Under the pieces are notes generated by a model that was given only the letters and a program-made list of their open reading frames with translations, did not search any database and was not told where the DNA came from. A program made the position numbers and the translations under genes. A DNA stretch of 63,818 nucleotides, counting the filler, from Saprolegnia diclina VS20 (taxonomy: Eukaryota), in the NCBI RefSeq assembly GCF_000281045.1. It is 4 parts of 2 records of this genome, joined end to end, with 100 filler letters (N's around TTAATTAATTAA, not from the genome) between each part and the next. Parts side by side here need not be neighbours in the genome. Positions count along the whole stretch, not along the records: positions 14,223 to 38,397 come from NW_008246094.1; positions 38,498 to 62,186 come from NW_008246094.1; 2 more parts are not named here. One strand, written 5' to 3'. Numbering within the stretch: position 1 is the stretch's first letter; the number at the start of each line of letters is the position of its first letter. Positions 35,413 through 47,637 of this stretch are shown piece by piece.

Positions 35413-38397
35413 AGTCCTCAATTTGCCAGCAAGCACGCAGCCAACCGATCCGACTAAGTACGAATGACCAACACTCATCCCAACACGCGCTCGACGAAGG
35501 ACGCGGCGACCCACGCGCCAACGGTCACGCCCGGCCGGACCATGTCGAAGATCATCACCGGCGGCTTTAGCGCGATGGGCGAGATCCTACTTGGCGCCGC
35601 GCCTGTTGAGGCAGAGGACGTCACGATGGACACGCCAACGAAGAAACGCACGGCGACAACTGCCTTGGGTTCCGGCGCCAACAAGAAGGTCGCGGAACCA
35701 ACGGCTACGGCGACCGACGACGTCACACCCGACGACAACGACATGCAGGACATCCCAGAGGCCTCCAACGACGCCGAGAGCGACGCGGATGACACCGCTG
35801 CGGGAGCATGGAACGTGTTCATGGACCCGCCGCACGACGAGGCTCCCGAGCCGGCAGAGGAGCCAACACCTGCCGCGACGGCAGAGTGGCCAACACCTAC
35901 CGAGGCGGCAAAGGTTCCGAAGAAGGCTGCCAAGACCGCTAACGAGCAGTCGACGCCGGCCACGGAACCCAAGAAGAAACAGCCTACCAAGGCGAAGAGC
36001 TACGCCGAGACCTTGGACGACGGCAAGACGTTATCGCACGCGCACGACGTCGGGTTTCACCCGGCGGCGGACGTGGACTTGCTCGCCCTGCAGCAGCAAG
36101 CTGCGACAGGCGTCTGGACGTACAGTGCCGTCGTCGCCTGCGCCACGATGCCGCGGCGCGCGACACTCGGGCACCTGCTCATGAACATCGGGCCCGACGC
36201 TAGTACCAAGGAAAAGCTGAAGGCCAACCCCAAGTTGAAGTACAAGTTTGACGAGAAGGCCGTGCTGGCAGCCGTCCTTCACGCCAACCAGTTGGTGCCG
36301 GCAAGCGTCGTACCCCTGCTGGCCGACCTCATCACGGTCAACCGGATCCCGCGTACCAACACCTTGAAGTGGGACGTGGCGACGCCCGCCGCTCTCGAAG
36401 GACTGCTGGGCCGCACTTTCGACATCCCGGTCGCGCAGGGCGTCACCCAGCGCTGCATGATGACGAAGGTCGGCGTCCTTGATGCGTGCTTTTTCATCGA
36501 CATCCCGACGGGTTTCCAGTCGCTCGAGGAGGAGACCGCTTTTTGCAACTTCATCTACGCGGTCGAGCCGCGCCTTTTCTACGCCACGGCTGTAACGGCT
36601 GCGGCGTCGACGGGCTTGCGCGGCGCCCGCTTCCGCCTCTACTTTCGCGGGCTCGAGACGCCGGCCTTTCTGAAGGTCGGCGACAAGTGCGCCGACGAGC
36701 TCATGATCTTCCGGCGCTGGCACCGCATCTACTCGAAGGACCACGAGTCGGCCTTCGAGCGCAAGCTTCGCCGCGTCAACTTGGAGACGCTCGCCATGGA
36801 CATGGAGTACAACCTGTCTCTGTCGACGGGACCCTTGCCACAGACGCCGAAACCTACGCAGCAGCCAGGCAGCAAGCCTGTCGAGCCGGCTGCGAAGAAA
36901 GCGCGTGGCGAAGAGGAGGGCAAGACAAAGCCGGTTCCATCTACGCCGACGGCCAAGTGGACCGCCGTCACTCGCCGCCAAAAGCGTGACGCCGACTCCA
37001 CGACGAAGGCGTCGCAGCGCCCTTGGGTGACCAAGAGCTTCTACGCGGTTCTGGACACGGCCATGACCCTCGACATCAAGAAGGCTACCACGGTGCACGC
37101 GGGCGCCACGTTCGAGACGTACGTTCCCGTCGCTGCGCGCACAGGCTTACAATTGGGCGCCGGCCACGCGGCCCGCATCGACAGCACGAAAGTGTCGCTC
37201 GGCGGCGTCCGCCGCTTCGCCCAGTCGGTCGACCAAGTGCTCGACGAAGCGATTGCAGGCAACAAGGCCGCTGCGGCTATGCTCGAGCACCACGCCGTGA
37301 CGACCGCCGACGAGATGGACAACAAGCGCTTCGACCTGGTCGAACTGACGAACATGGGCTGCGTTGACGCCGCGTGTCGTCATATCCAGCAACAACCCCT
37401 CGCGGCCGGCGCGCAGCTTCAGGCGATGGCGCGCAACAACCGCACGGCGTTCGAGCACTTTGTCAGACAGCGGATGCTTAACCGGCTACTCCGCGCCACG
37501 TTTGGCAACGCCAAGCCGTTCGACGTCCTCTACAAGGAAGTAGTCGGCGCGAACTTCTCGAACGAAGGGATGACGTCGTACCTCAACAACGTGCAAACCG
37601 GCAAGCTGCTACCTCGCATGTCGCTCCGCGATGCACACGCCGATGAAGAACAAGACGTGCTCACAAGCCTCGCTGCGGAAGAGCTGATTGCCCTCGCCGA
37701 GGTCGTGCTTGCCGTCTCAGCGCCACTTGTGTATGCAAACGACGCCGTCGTCGCGTATATTGCGCGCACGCCCGTCAAGGCCATCGCAATGATGAATGGG
37801 GTCCGTGCGCTCTCGTCAGCGACGCTCCTCAGCTTCTTTCACCGAGGCAATCTGGCCCACGCGCCGTTCTGCCAAAGTTTGTGGCAGCAGACGCAGGCTC
37901 TGATTGAGCTCGCAACGACCGATGGCACGTGCGAGATGCTCGACGACCTGGACAAGCTGAATGCCCTCGTGGCAGCCAAGGACTGGCCGTTTGTCGGAAC
38001 GCGCCAGAACATGGCGTCCCGAGGCGATGGCCCGCTGGAGGTGGGCGACCTCGACGACCTCTGGGAGGACCCGTCCCCCTCTCAGTACTAAGGTCCTCGC
38101 GGGCTCCATCCTCCAAGGCTTACCACCCGTCACGATCACCACATGCAACCTCAACGGCGTGAAGCAGTACGGTCACGCTGTCTCCAGTGCACTCGTGCAC
38201 CCGCGGCAGTGCGTCTTCTTCCAAGAAACCAAAATCCACAACGAGCACCAAGTAGAAGGCCTCCACGTGCACCTGCGCAACGATGTCGGCTACAACCAAT
38301 ACCAACTTTTTATCAACGACCACCGGAAGGACCTCGCCGCGAGCCCCGGCGTCCTGAGCAACGGCGTCGGCATGTACTTTCACGTGTCGATGCCCGG
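35413..38397 (+). mobile_element. L1/Tx1-like LINE, 5' part (ORF1 + start of APE endonuclease), truncated by gap
   Basis: The ORF2 frame reads VTITTCNLNGVK..CVFFQETK..NGVGMYF, matching APE motifs xNxNG and QETK. Confidence 0.8.
35464..38091 (+). CDS. Non-LTR retrotransposon ORF1 (875 aa)
   Basis: Long intronless ORF between gaps with a low-complexity N-terminus, directly followed by an APE endonuclease ORF. Confidence 0.75.
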   Translation: MTNTHPNTRSTKDAATHAPTVTPGRTMSKIITGGFSAMGEILLGAAPVEAEDVTMDTPTKKRTATTALGSGANKKVAEPTATATDDVTPDDNDMQDIPEASNDAESDADDTAAGAWNVFMDPPHDEAPEPAEEPTPAATAEWPTPTEAAKVPKKAAKTANEQSTPATEPKKKQPTKAKSYAETLDDGKTLSHAHDVGFHPAADVDLLALQQQAATGVWTYSAVVACATMPRRATLGHLLMNIGPDASTKEKLKANPKLKYKFDEKAVLAAVLHANQLVPASVVPLLADLITVNRIPRTNTLKWDVATPAALEGLLGRTFDIPVAQGVTQRCMMTKVGVLDACFFIDIPTGFQSLEEETAFCNFIYAVEPRLFYATAVTAAASTGLRGARFRLYFRGLETPAFLKVGDKCADELMIFRRWHRIYSKDHESAFERKLRRVNLETLAMDMEYNLSLSTGPLPQTPKPTQQPGSKPVEPAAKKARGEEEGKTKPVPSTPTAKWTAVTRRQKRDADSTTKASQRPWVTKSFYAVLDTAMTLDIKKATTVHAGATFETYVPVAARTGLQLGAGHAARIDSTKVSLGGVRRFAQSVDQVLDEAIAGNKAAAAMLEHHAVTTADEMDNKRFDLVELTNMGCVDAACRHIQQQPLAAGAQLQAMARNNRTAFEHFVRQRMLNRLLRATFGNAKPFDVLYKEVVGANFSNEGMTSYLNNVQTGKLLPRMSLRDAHADEEQDVLTSLAAEELIALAEVVLAVSAPLVYANDAVVAYIARTPVKAIAMMNGVRALSSATLLSFFHRGNLAHAPFCQSLWQQTQALIELATTDGTCEMLDDLDKLNALVAAKDWPFVGTRQNMASRGDGPLEVGDLDDLWEDPSPSQY

Positions 38398-39147
38398 NNN
38401 NNNNNNNNNNNNNNNNNNNNNNNNNNNNNNNNNNNNNNNNNTTAATTAATTAANNNNNNNNNNNNNNNNNNNNNNNNNNNNNNNNNNNNNNNNNNNNAAC
38501 CATGCCGACGCGACCTTCCGCAACGGCGACGGGTGGTGGGGCAGCGACCGCAAGCCCGTCAAGTGGCTCGAATGTGCTCTCTAGTTGTGTTCATCGATTG
38601 ATGGGGGCTGTTACGTTGTCGACTTATCGACTAATGCATTATTTGCTGTGTTTACCACGTCTTGCCTTTGCAAACTGTTTGGCGCTGACCGTCGAACCAC
38701 GGTGACCACTCGACCTCCGTATTGCCGAGCGCTACATCGACGGTGTTTCGATGTAGAATGTCACTTTCACACATTTGCATGTTCTAACCATTCCCTTCGG
38801 CGTGGATAGGGATATATTCACTCAGAAAACGTTCTAACTCGGTGACTACACTATGACGTGCTCGTGCAAAGACGACGCGATTCGCTCGTACTGTGGCGTA
38901 GTAAGCTCTCAAGGTACTCAGCTCTTTCCTTGCCGCGCGAGGTTGACGTCGCCACGTACGGGCCCCAGCCAATGTATGTACACTAGCAAGGGGAAATCTT
39001 TATACAGTGCGGCACCTCCACAACTCAATAGAAATACTACACTACTTGAGCCGCCCACATTGGCATCGGTCGACTGGAGTACCACATTTGACATGATCAC
39101 AATGTCACTCCTAGACGTCCTCCTTACGCAAGCAATATTAGTTTGAT

Positions 39148-40011
39148 TTAATGGACGCGGCGCCCGTGCACGACCTTGGGTAGCGCTAGATCGAGCTCAA
39201 AGACTGCGTCCCATAGCTTGCCCGTGACGTACACGTGGTTATTCAGCGGGTTGTGTGCAATGCCGTTCATGACAGCGTCCATCTTGCGCCAGTCTTCCGG
39301 AATGGTCCGTGCGTGGTTCTCTAGCAGCGGCAGCTGGTCCAGCAAAAGTGCTTGCAGCACATGGCCCGTCGCCGGGTCAATGCGCAGTATCTGGTTGGTG
39401 TACCACACGTTCGCAAAGATCTCGCCGTGAATGTACTCGAGCTCGTTTAAGAGACGCACTTGGACGCCGTGCTGCGTCACGACGACACGGCGCACCTCGT
39501 CCATGCTGTTTGGGTCCAAGAAGAGGAGCGTCGCCGACCCGTCGCTCACGATGAGGTGCGCACCGTCCGTTGTCATGCCCCAGCCTTCGCCGGTCGTCGT
39601 CGCAAAGGCAAACTCGCGCTGAAGCGCAAAGGTGCTTCGGTCGAGCGCGTACCCGACTTTGGCCTGGTACGAGAGCGCGTAGATCGTGCCGTTGAGGACG
39701 GCGATGCCCTCGCCAAAGATGCCGTCGGGAAACTTGAACTCGTTGCCCGTGCCCACGCCCGTGACCGCATCAATCTCGCGGATAAACGACTGCCCGTTGA
39801 GGCCCGTGGACTCGAGAAGGTGGCCGCCGTCAAAGAGGAGGCCTTCTGTGAACGACGACACGTTGTGCGGGTGGATCGTCACAATGTCGTACGGGCGGTG
39901 GCTCAAGACCGACGCCGCGTCGGCCTGGATCGCGCCAAAGCCGGCGAAGGCTTCTTGGGCCAGCACCTGCAGGCACACGAGCGCGAGGCAGCGCCACGCG
40001 ACCGAGAGCAT
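39148..40011 (-). CDS. QCT: Secreted type I (plant/bacterial) glutaminyl-peptide cyclotransferase
   Basis: Signal-like MLSVAWRCLALVCL; SFTEGL, LESTGLNG, FGEGIA, EGWGMTTDG, VSDGS, LNELE, ANVWY, NGIA, VTGKLW. Intronless. Confidence 0.92.
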   Translation of the reverse strand: MLSVAWRCLALVCLQVLAQEAFAGFGAIQADAASVLSHRPYDIVTIHPHNVSSFTEGLLFDGGHLLESTGLNGQSFIREIDAVTGVGTGNEFKFPDGIFGEGIAVLNGTIYALSYQAKVGYALDRSTFALQREFAFATTTGEGWGMTTDGAHLIVSDGSATLLFLDPNSMDEVRRVVVTQHGVQVRLLNELEYIHGEIFANVWYTNQILRIDPATGHVLQALLLDQLPLLENHARTIPEDWRKMDAVMNGIAHNPLNNHVYVTGKLWDAVFELDLALPKVVHGRRVH

Positions 40012-40890
40012 GTTGCTATCTGGATGCCACGTTGCCTCTGCCAAGGGGCGGGATGTGCCGCAAATAACCAGCCTAAATTCGGCGTACGCCGCGATTTGCC
40101 ACCATTGATAAAAAGCCGTTGGTTTGTCGACAGTCGCTCCAGCTCGACCTTGCTGAGCCGCGGTGGACTGCAGTCTTGAGGGCCCTATTGACCGAACGCA
40201 TAAAACGCTATGGTATGCCTCATCGAACAGCGTACGGCAAGTCGCCCAAGAGCAACCAAATGCGAGTTGCAGAGATGAGGCACATTCTCTGGTAGACCGA
40301 TGACGTTGTCGACGCGACCTTGCACATTCGACCGCCAAGACGACAAGACGTCCACAACCAAGTACCCATAGGGCCAATCCGAAGCCTCGAGCGCTTTCAT
40401 GGACGTCGTCGTCCAGACGTGATTGCACGTGCACGAGTACATGTTTGATCCAGCCTGGCAAAGCATTTCCGAGGTTGAAGTGCTTGTTCCTACCTGGTCA
40501 TGTACCGTCCGACGCGCCCCAAAGTAGATCTCCAAAATGACATTGACTAGCATCACGTCTTTGTCTATAGCCTCCTCCAAGATAGACTGTACTTGCTGCT
40601 CAAATCGCGAGTTCGAGGCGCTTGAGCTTAGGATGGCCTTTTGCTTTTCCGCCGAGACAGGCCAACTGCATACGCATTAGCATCTGGCGAGGTCATGTTT
40701 GCGTGAGCTGTAAGTGCGAAGCTCGAGCTCGTTTAAGTGCGCCCGTGTCCACTCAAGTCCGGATTTGCACATCCGGCGCGACCGGCGAGAACCCAAGATC
40801 AGCCGCAGCACGCACCCACGTGAGAGGTACGACAATGCAGCCGCCAGCCTCGCGCTCATGCAATCGACGCGCAGGTAGTGATTCTCGCCG

Positions 40891-43800
40891 ATGGCTACGA
40901 CGGCAAACGACCTCCGCGAACGCACGACGGTGCTGCGAAGGCGACTGCCAGCGACGTGGCCGAGCGTCGAGGAGGACGGCGGCTCGTCGTCCAGCGACGA
41001 CGACAACAATGACGAAGACGGCGACATCAAGGAGAGCAGCTACGACGCATATGTTCCTGGCACGACGCCGCTTGGTGAAGCGCTCTTGACGTTTGCGACC
41101 TGCAACCTCCCGACGCCCGAGCCGCCGCTCGTGCCTGCGTCGCCGGTGACGCAGCTGCATCACGCGTGGCAGCGCTTGCCGTGGTACGTGCACACGTGTC
41201 TTGTGACGCTGGGGCTGCTCGCGTGGTGGTTTTCGTTTCTCGCCGTCTTTAGCGTCCTCTCGTCGCGGTCCATGGCGCAGCAAGTCGTGACGGCCGGCAT
41301 GCTCCTTCTCGGCGCCGGCGCGCTCTACCTCGTGCTCATCTTCGTGCTCGTCCAGCTGCCGTGGACGTCTGCGTTTGGTGCGTCGATCTGGGCGCGCCTC
41401 CACTTGACGCGGCCGCCCGCCGACAGTCGCGTGCTCGTCGAGCCGTGCATCTGGGTCGCACTCGTCATGAGCTCGTACGCGCTCTTCCATAGCTTTGCGC
41501 TCTCGAGCCTTATCGGCGGCGTCACGGGCATTGCGCTCGTCCTTCTTGGTGACGTCATCCAAGTCTACTTGCACATCATCGGAAGTGCAAAGTCGACGCC
41601 CAAAGACGAGCAGCCGCGCAGCCTCAAAATCGTCGTCACGACGGTCGCGATCGCGTCGATCGTCCACCAATGCCATGCGCTCTTCTGGAGTGTCCTCAAC
41701 GACGGCGCGCTCGGCGTGTGGCCGTACCTCCTCAGCATCCTCGTTGGGGTCTCGCTCATCGTCGCCAGCGAACTCTTGCTCTTGTACGGCCCGACGCGCT
41801 ACGCCGGCGTCATCTTGCAGTCGCGTGTGCTGCACGCGCGCGACAATTGGCGCTTGCACCCGTTCCGGTCCTTGCTCGAGCTCAGCTTTGTGCTCTTGGT
41901 CTCGATGCTCGGGTACGACTACTTTGGCGAGCTCCTCATCTCGCTGCAAGTTGGCACGCTCGCCTGTACGGTCTTTATCTTGACGGGCGAGTTCTACCTC
42001 TACCCGACACGGACCACGATGCGGCACGGCCTCGCCGTCGACGACCACCACTGGATGAAGCTGCTGCCGTTGCTCTGCGTCCTCACCTTTATGCTCTACC
42101 ACGTTGGCTTTATCCTCGCGCGGCACGTGCGGCTGCTCCTGCCGCTCCTCAACATCCTCGCGCTCGGCGCCACCGTGCGGCTCTGCTTGCCGCGCAAGTT
42201 GTGGCTGCGGCGCATGCTGTGGCGGCGCCTCGGCACGTCGTTCATGCGCAGCCACCCGTGGCAAGCGACGTGGGAGATGGTCGCGCACGTTGCGTTTGGC
42301 GTCTTCTTGCCGACCGAGACCCCGTTCGTGGTCCTTGTCGGCGCGAATGTGTTTTTTGACATTTGGATGGTCGCGTCCGAGCGCGTTGGCACCAAGCTCT
42401 GGGACGCTGTGTCGCTCCTGCAGTACGCACCGGCATGGCGGCTGACACTGTCGGGCCGCGAAGTGACGTCGATGCCCCAGTCGCATGCGCCGCTGTGGGA
42501 CCTCGACCCGCCACCGGTCGCGACCAACGTCGTTGTCGATCGCCACGACCTCTCGATCCCGTTGTGCACGTTGATCAACTTGCTGGTGCTCTTTGGGTCG
42601 CTTGCGTCGCTCACGGTCCTTGTCACGACGCGGCTTGCGAGCGCGACCACGCTGCACCTTGTGTTTGTGTACACAATGTGCCTGGCGACGTGTGCCGGCT
42701 TGCTCTTGGGCAGCGTCGCCGACGGGCAGTACTACGCGTGGCTTCGCCGTCGCTTGTACGCGTTTCTGCGCGATCAAGTCGAGCGCTTCCCGCTGCAAAC
42801 GTTTGTCGAAGTCGCGACCTGGTGGGGTGTCTGCATTGGCTCGTACGCGCTCTCGGGCTGGCCCGTCTTTGCGATCGGGCTCGCATCGCTCTCAACGCTG
42901 GTCGTGCTGCTCGGCGGCAAGTATGTGTCGCGGCGGCTCGTGGCACAGCGCGACGATGCGTTCTCCGCCACGTGCGCGGTCGTCTTCTTCATCTGCTTGA
43001 TGACGTACGCGACCGGGCTCTGTCTCTACTACATTTACTGCCACTTTCGACGCATCGAAGTGGCGTTCTGCCTCGCGACCTTGTCCGGCGTCGTCTTTGT
43101 CGCGTCGAGTGAGCTCTGCCTGCTCTGGGAGCCGTCCCGCGTCGCGGGCATGATTCTCCAAACCCGTGTGACGCACGCGCGCACCAACTGGCGCCTCGAG
43201 CCGGTCCGGTCGTTCCTCGAGCTCTTTGTATGGGTCGGCGTCACGTACGGATCGTTTGAAGTGTACCAAGACGTGGCCCTGGCGCTCCAGCTCGGCACGT
43301 TCTCGGGCATCGTCGTGACGCTCTCAGGCGAGCTGTTTCGATCGCAAACGCATGTGCTCTTTCCGGATGGCGACGTTGCGGCGCAGAGCAGCAACCGCCC
43401 CAAAGTGCTGCCGCTGCTCTTGCTCTTTGCGTACGTGGGCGCCGGCACGTTTCAGTGGATCTTTGAGCACCTCCGGCGCCTCGAAGTCATGGTCCTACTC
43501 GCCACGATCGCTGGCATCGTCTTCCTCTGTGTCGCGGACGCCCTCGTGCTGTGGACCCCCACGCGCTGGGCCGGCCTCATCCTCCAAGATCGGTTTCTTC
43601 AAGCAAGCGCCAACTGGCACGTACGTCGTCGTGTTCGCTTGCTTCTTCGAGGACTATGCGCAATGACATAGATGCACCCGGTGCGCTCGTTTGTCGAGCT
43701 CGGCTGCTTCCTCGGCGTTATTTACGGCAGCCACGCGATCTACGGGGACCTCTTGGTCGCGGTTCAGTGCGGGACGCTCTCGGGCATGTGCGTCGCGCTC

Positions 43801-45203
43801 ATTGGTGACCAGCTCAAGTCGCAGCGCGGCCCAACGCCGTCCCGTACGCATACTCGTTCATCATCGGCCTCTCATCTCGGCGTAGATGACAAGCAGCACC
43901 GCATTCTGCCGCTGCCCATCATGAGCGTCCTCGGGCTCGTTGGCGTCGTGGCGTTCAACACGATCTACACGCACCTCCGCAGCATCGAAGTGGCTTTTGT
44001 GCTTGCGACCTCGAGCAGTATCGCGTTCGTCGTCCTCGGCGACATGTTTGTCATTTGGCGCCCGACGCGCTACGTCGGCCTCATCCTCCAAGAGCGCATC
44101 TTGAACGCGGCGCACAACTACAAGAGTCGGCCGCTCCGGTCGTACGGCGAGTTTGGCACGGCCACCGCGGTCCTCTTCGTCGCATACCGCTACACGCTCG
44201 ACGTGCTGGTGGCGATGCAGGTCGGCACCTTTACTGGCATTGTCGTCTGCGTCGCGAACGAGTCGATCACAACGTACGTGTCGGCCTACAAGCAGCGCAT
44301 GGTGTCGCTCGCCGCGGGCCACTCCGAGTACGGTGCATCATCTTCTAGTATATACCGGCATATCGTTTGTATAGCGGCCAGGAAGACGCCCATTTGCTGG
44401 CCATGCCGTACGAAGTTCTCTTTGAAATTGCGCGGTTTTTGACACCGGAAGAGTTGCTGGTCGCGCGCGCGACGTGCCACAAAGTCAACGACCTTTTGCG
44501 CGCCGAGTCGGCGCGCTTCTGGCTCCACGCGCACTTGCGCCGGCAATGGAAGCGCTACGGCTTTGGGCCCCACCGCCGCCCGGTCCGCCGCAGCCTTATT
44601 TACGAAGCGTGGCAAGCGCTGGTGCCGAATCTCTGGGCGCCTCGGTACATACGCGGTCGCTCGACGCCTAGTCGCTAAGTCGATGTGTAGCAGCGAGCCC
44701 TCGACGCTGTTGACGGCCAAAATTGCGTGCAATCGCGCTCTCAAGTGGGTCTATCTGAACGCAGACTGGATTCGCAGCCACAACATGCCACCGCTATCGA
44801 CGCCGCCGCCCACGACGCTCGCGTACGACCTTCACGACGGAGGCGGTCGCTTACGCTGCGTAGGCTGCGCGCCACGGACCCGGGCTTCCAAGTGTTTCGG
44901 CATTTACCCGACAAGGTACTTGGTGCATTTTCGCAGCCGCCGCGTCATTGCGGAATGTAGGATGTGCTTGGCATTACGCTGCAGAGCAATGGCACTGATG
45001 ATGGGATCGACGTGATCCTCGTGCCCAGTCGGCTCTATGCCAAGCTGCAAGCCGACCCGTTTAGCTTTGTCGTCTCCGAAACGCTGTACGAAGTCGAAGC
45101 GTGCTCGACAGGCCACCTCGTCAACGCCGCGTTCGTGGCCATGACGGTGCTCTGCCTTGGCCACGCCATCGCCCGCGTAGTAGGAACCAACCCGAGCCCT
45201 TGA
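40891..45203 (+). CDS. Polytopic membrane protein with internal ~140-aa repeats and a C-terminal F-box (exons approx. 40891-43620, 43672-44327, 44375-44644, 44691-44822, 44863-44915, 44961-45203)
   Basis: Repeated PTRxAGxILQxR..NW..PxRSFxE..LQxGT..GE. F-box LLAMPYEVLFEIARFL..EELLVARATCHK. GTAC..TAG introns link the frames. Confidence 0.75.
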
Positions 45204-45407
45204 GATAGAGTGAGCTAGAGTCGAAGCCACAAAATTGTACATTGATGAAACGCTGTCGTGACGTCGGCGTTGCTGGGCGGAAGAGACACGACGTTGAGCC
45301 ATCAGGTTGACCTTGTCCCCGCCGGGATCCCAAAGCGCTCACCGAGGTCCTGACAACAACAACGGCGCATGCACAGAGAAGAGGCTGACATGCATTACGA
45401 GGAGACC

Positions 45408-46507
45408 TTAGAAGTGGCTGGAGATGAAGCGCTTGGAGCTCATGCGGAAGGCAAAGGCGGCCGCGCCAATGATGCCCGAGTCGTACCCGACCGACGCCTT
45501 CTCGATCACGACTGGGTTGGGCAGCCGCGTCCACGTGTACTTGGTGTACGCCTCCCGGATGCGCTGCATGAACGGCTCACCGGCCTCGGCGAGGCCGCCC
45601 GAGAAGACAATCATCTCCGGGTCCAGCGTCCGGCAAAAGTTGACGCACGCGAGACCGAGGTAGTCGGCGACCTCGGCGACGAGCTCGTTGCAGACGTCGT
45701 CGCCGTCGTCGGCCAAGTCAAAGACCATCTTGGCCGTGATCGAGTCGGTGGGCACACTGGAGAGGCGCGTTGCGACTTCGGACGACGACGCGCGCAGCTT
45801 GGCTTGGCCAATGAGCGCCGACGCCGAGCTGTACTGCTCGAGGCACCCGCGCTGCGTGCACCCGCAGAGACGGCCATTTGGCACCATAATCTAGTCGTTC
45901 TCATAAGATACAACCGAGCGGGAGGGCCGTACGATGTGGCCGCCTTCAATGCAGCCCGTGCCACCGGCCACGATCTCGTCGTTGTTGACGATCCCAAAGC
46001 CGACGCCGGTCCCGAGGGCTATACATCCCACGCACATAAGCACCACGTTTCCATCCGATTCAAGCAGCACATACTTAGCATGACAAAGTTCTTGGCGCTG
46101 GCGGCGGCACCGACCCAGTGCTCGGCCGCGACGGCGGCGTCGGCGTCGTTGACGAGGATCGTCGGTACGCCAAGGATCGTCTTGAGCGACTCTTGCAGCG
46201 TCACGTCCTTCCAGTTGGGAAAGTTGGCGGCCGCATGCACGATGCCCGACGAGATTTGGCCCGGGCAACCAACGCCGACGCTCGTGACATGCGTCCAGTT
46301 GGAGCCATGGTCGGCGACGCACTCTTTGGCGAGCGCCGCGCAGAGCGCAATGACGGCGTCGGGGGCGCGGTCCGAGATCTCACGCTGGGCGCGGAAGAGC
46401 ATCTTGCCCTCGAGCGAGACGAGGCCGACCTTGACGCTCGTGCCACCCAAGTCGATACCGACAAACATCGTCTTTGTTGCAGAGGAATTGAACACTGCGT
46501 CGGCCAT
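45408..46507 (-). CDS. ROK-family sugar kinase (glucokinase-like), 3 exons
   Basis: VGIDLGGT, GVGCPG, NDADAA..AEHWVG, LGTGVGFG, EGGH..CGCTQRGCLEQY, FSGGLA, GIIGAA. Confidence 0.93.
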
Positions 46508-47637
46508 CCTCCGCTTTGCTGTTTGCTCCGTCCTTTCTGCTGCTCGGGCGACGGGCGCTGTGATTGGCTGAAATCTCAAATGGCGCTTTGGACTGCACCA
46601 TCGTCCCACTCTTGGCGGCGCGCGCGCTACCTTCAAGCGTCATCGACCGCCTCTTGAGAGGCCATGGGATCGCTCCAGCTGGCCCGCACATATTTTGACG
46701 GCTTGGGTTACCACGTCTTTGTGGTTGAAGTACGAGCCACCCACTCGATGCGGTACACTGCTTGTGCAGTGGGTTGGATCGCGCGTGTCCCTCGCTCACA
46801 ACAGCTCGTACTAGTATAGTAGGCAGTGTAATAGGTCGAAGTATAGCAGCCGAACCGTCCAATTCGCATAGCCACGGCGTGCTGTGTAGTGGGTCGCTTG
46901 GGATTCTGGTCGTCGCGGAACAAGGGTCGACGTCATCGGCGCACGTGTGGGGACGTCGTTTATTGATGTGCAAAGATCGCGGGTACTCTTGATGTTTTCG
47001 ACGAGGTCCTGATCCGAGCATCTTGGCCGCGCGAGGACGATCGATCTCGACAGCAACTCGATCCGACGAGGCTCGTAGCGAGGCATATACTATACGAATG
47101 CATGGAGAGGTCGGCTGCCGACCAAGCGAGCAAGGCGCGGGTAGTTCTTGCCGACATCGCTCAGCGGCTTTGTCGCTCGGCCGCTGTCATCCACCATCAT
47201 AGCTGGATGAATCGAGAGCGTTGATCGCTCCAGCAATCTCGGTTTTGATTTTACTGCACCTGGCAGTGATGCACGCAACGCAATGACACAAAGTGAGGGC
47301 TCAAGTTTCATCTTGGGGTGCTCTTCGGCTCGCACGACGGGCCAATGTGCAACGGCAGTGTGCTGCTCGTACTCGATTTAGTACAAAATCGTTGGATGAC
47401 ATGGGAGTCTTCTAGGTAGCTGAGGATATTTCGCTCTAGTTCATCGTTATCATACTCGGGCCATGGACATATCAATGCACTACCGTAGTGCACGAATGGT
47501 CTTTACACTGGCAGACATTGTGCAAGCAACTCCAACCGCAAGCAACCGGTTCAAAATTAAATAACGGATATAAAAGCTTTTTAAAGTTGTCGTCCGGATA
47601 AGATGGCTGGCCTCACGCCATAGCTTCTTCTTTCCCG

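Noticed and set aside
46640..47580. Short minus-strand ORFs between the ROK and RRM genes
   Set aside because: No recognisable motif or consistent exon chain. Possibly a decayed sequence, but this cannot be supported.
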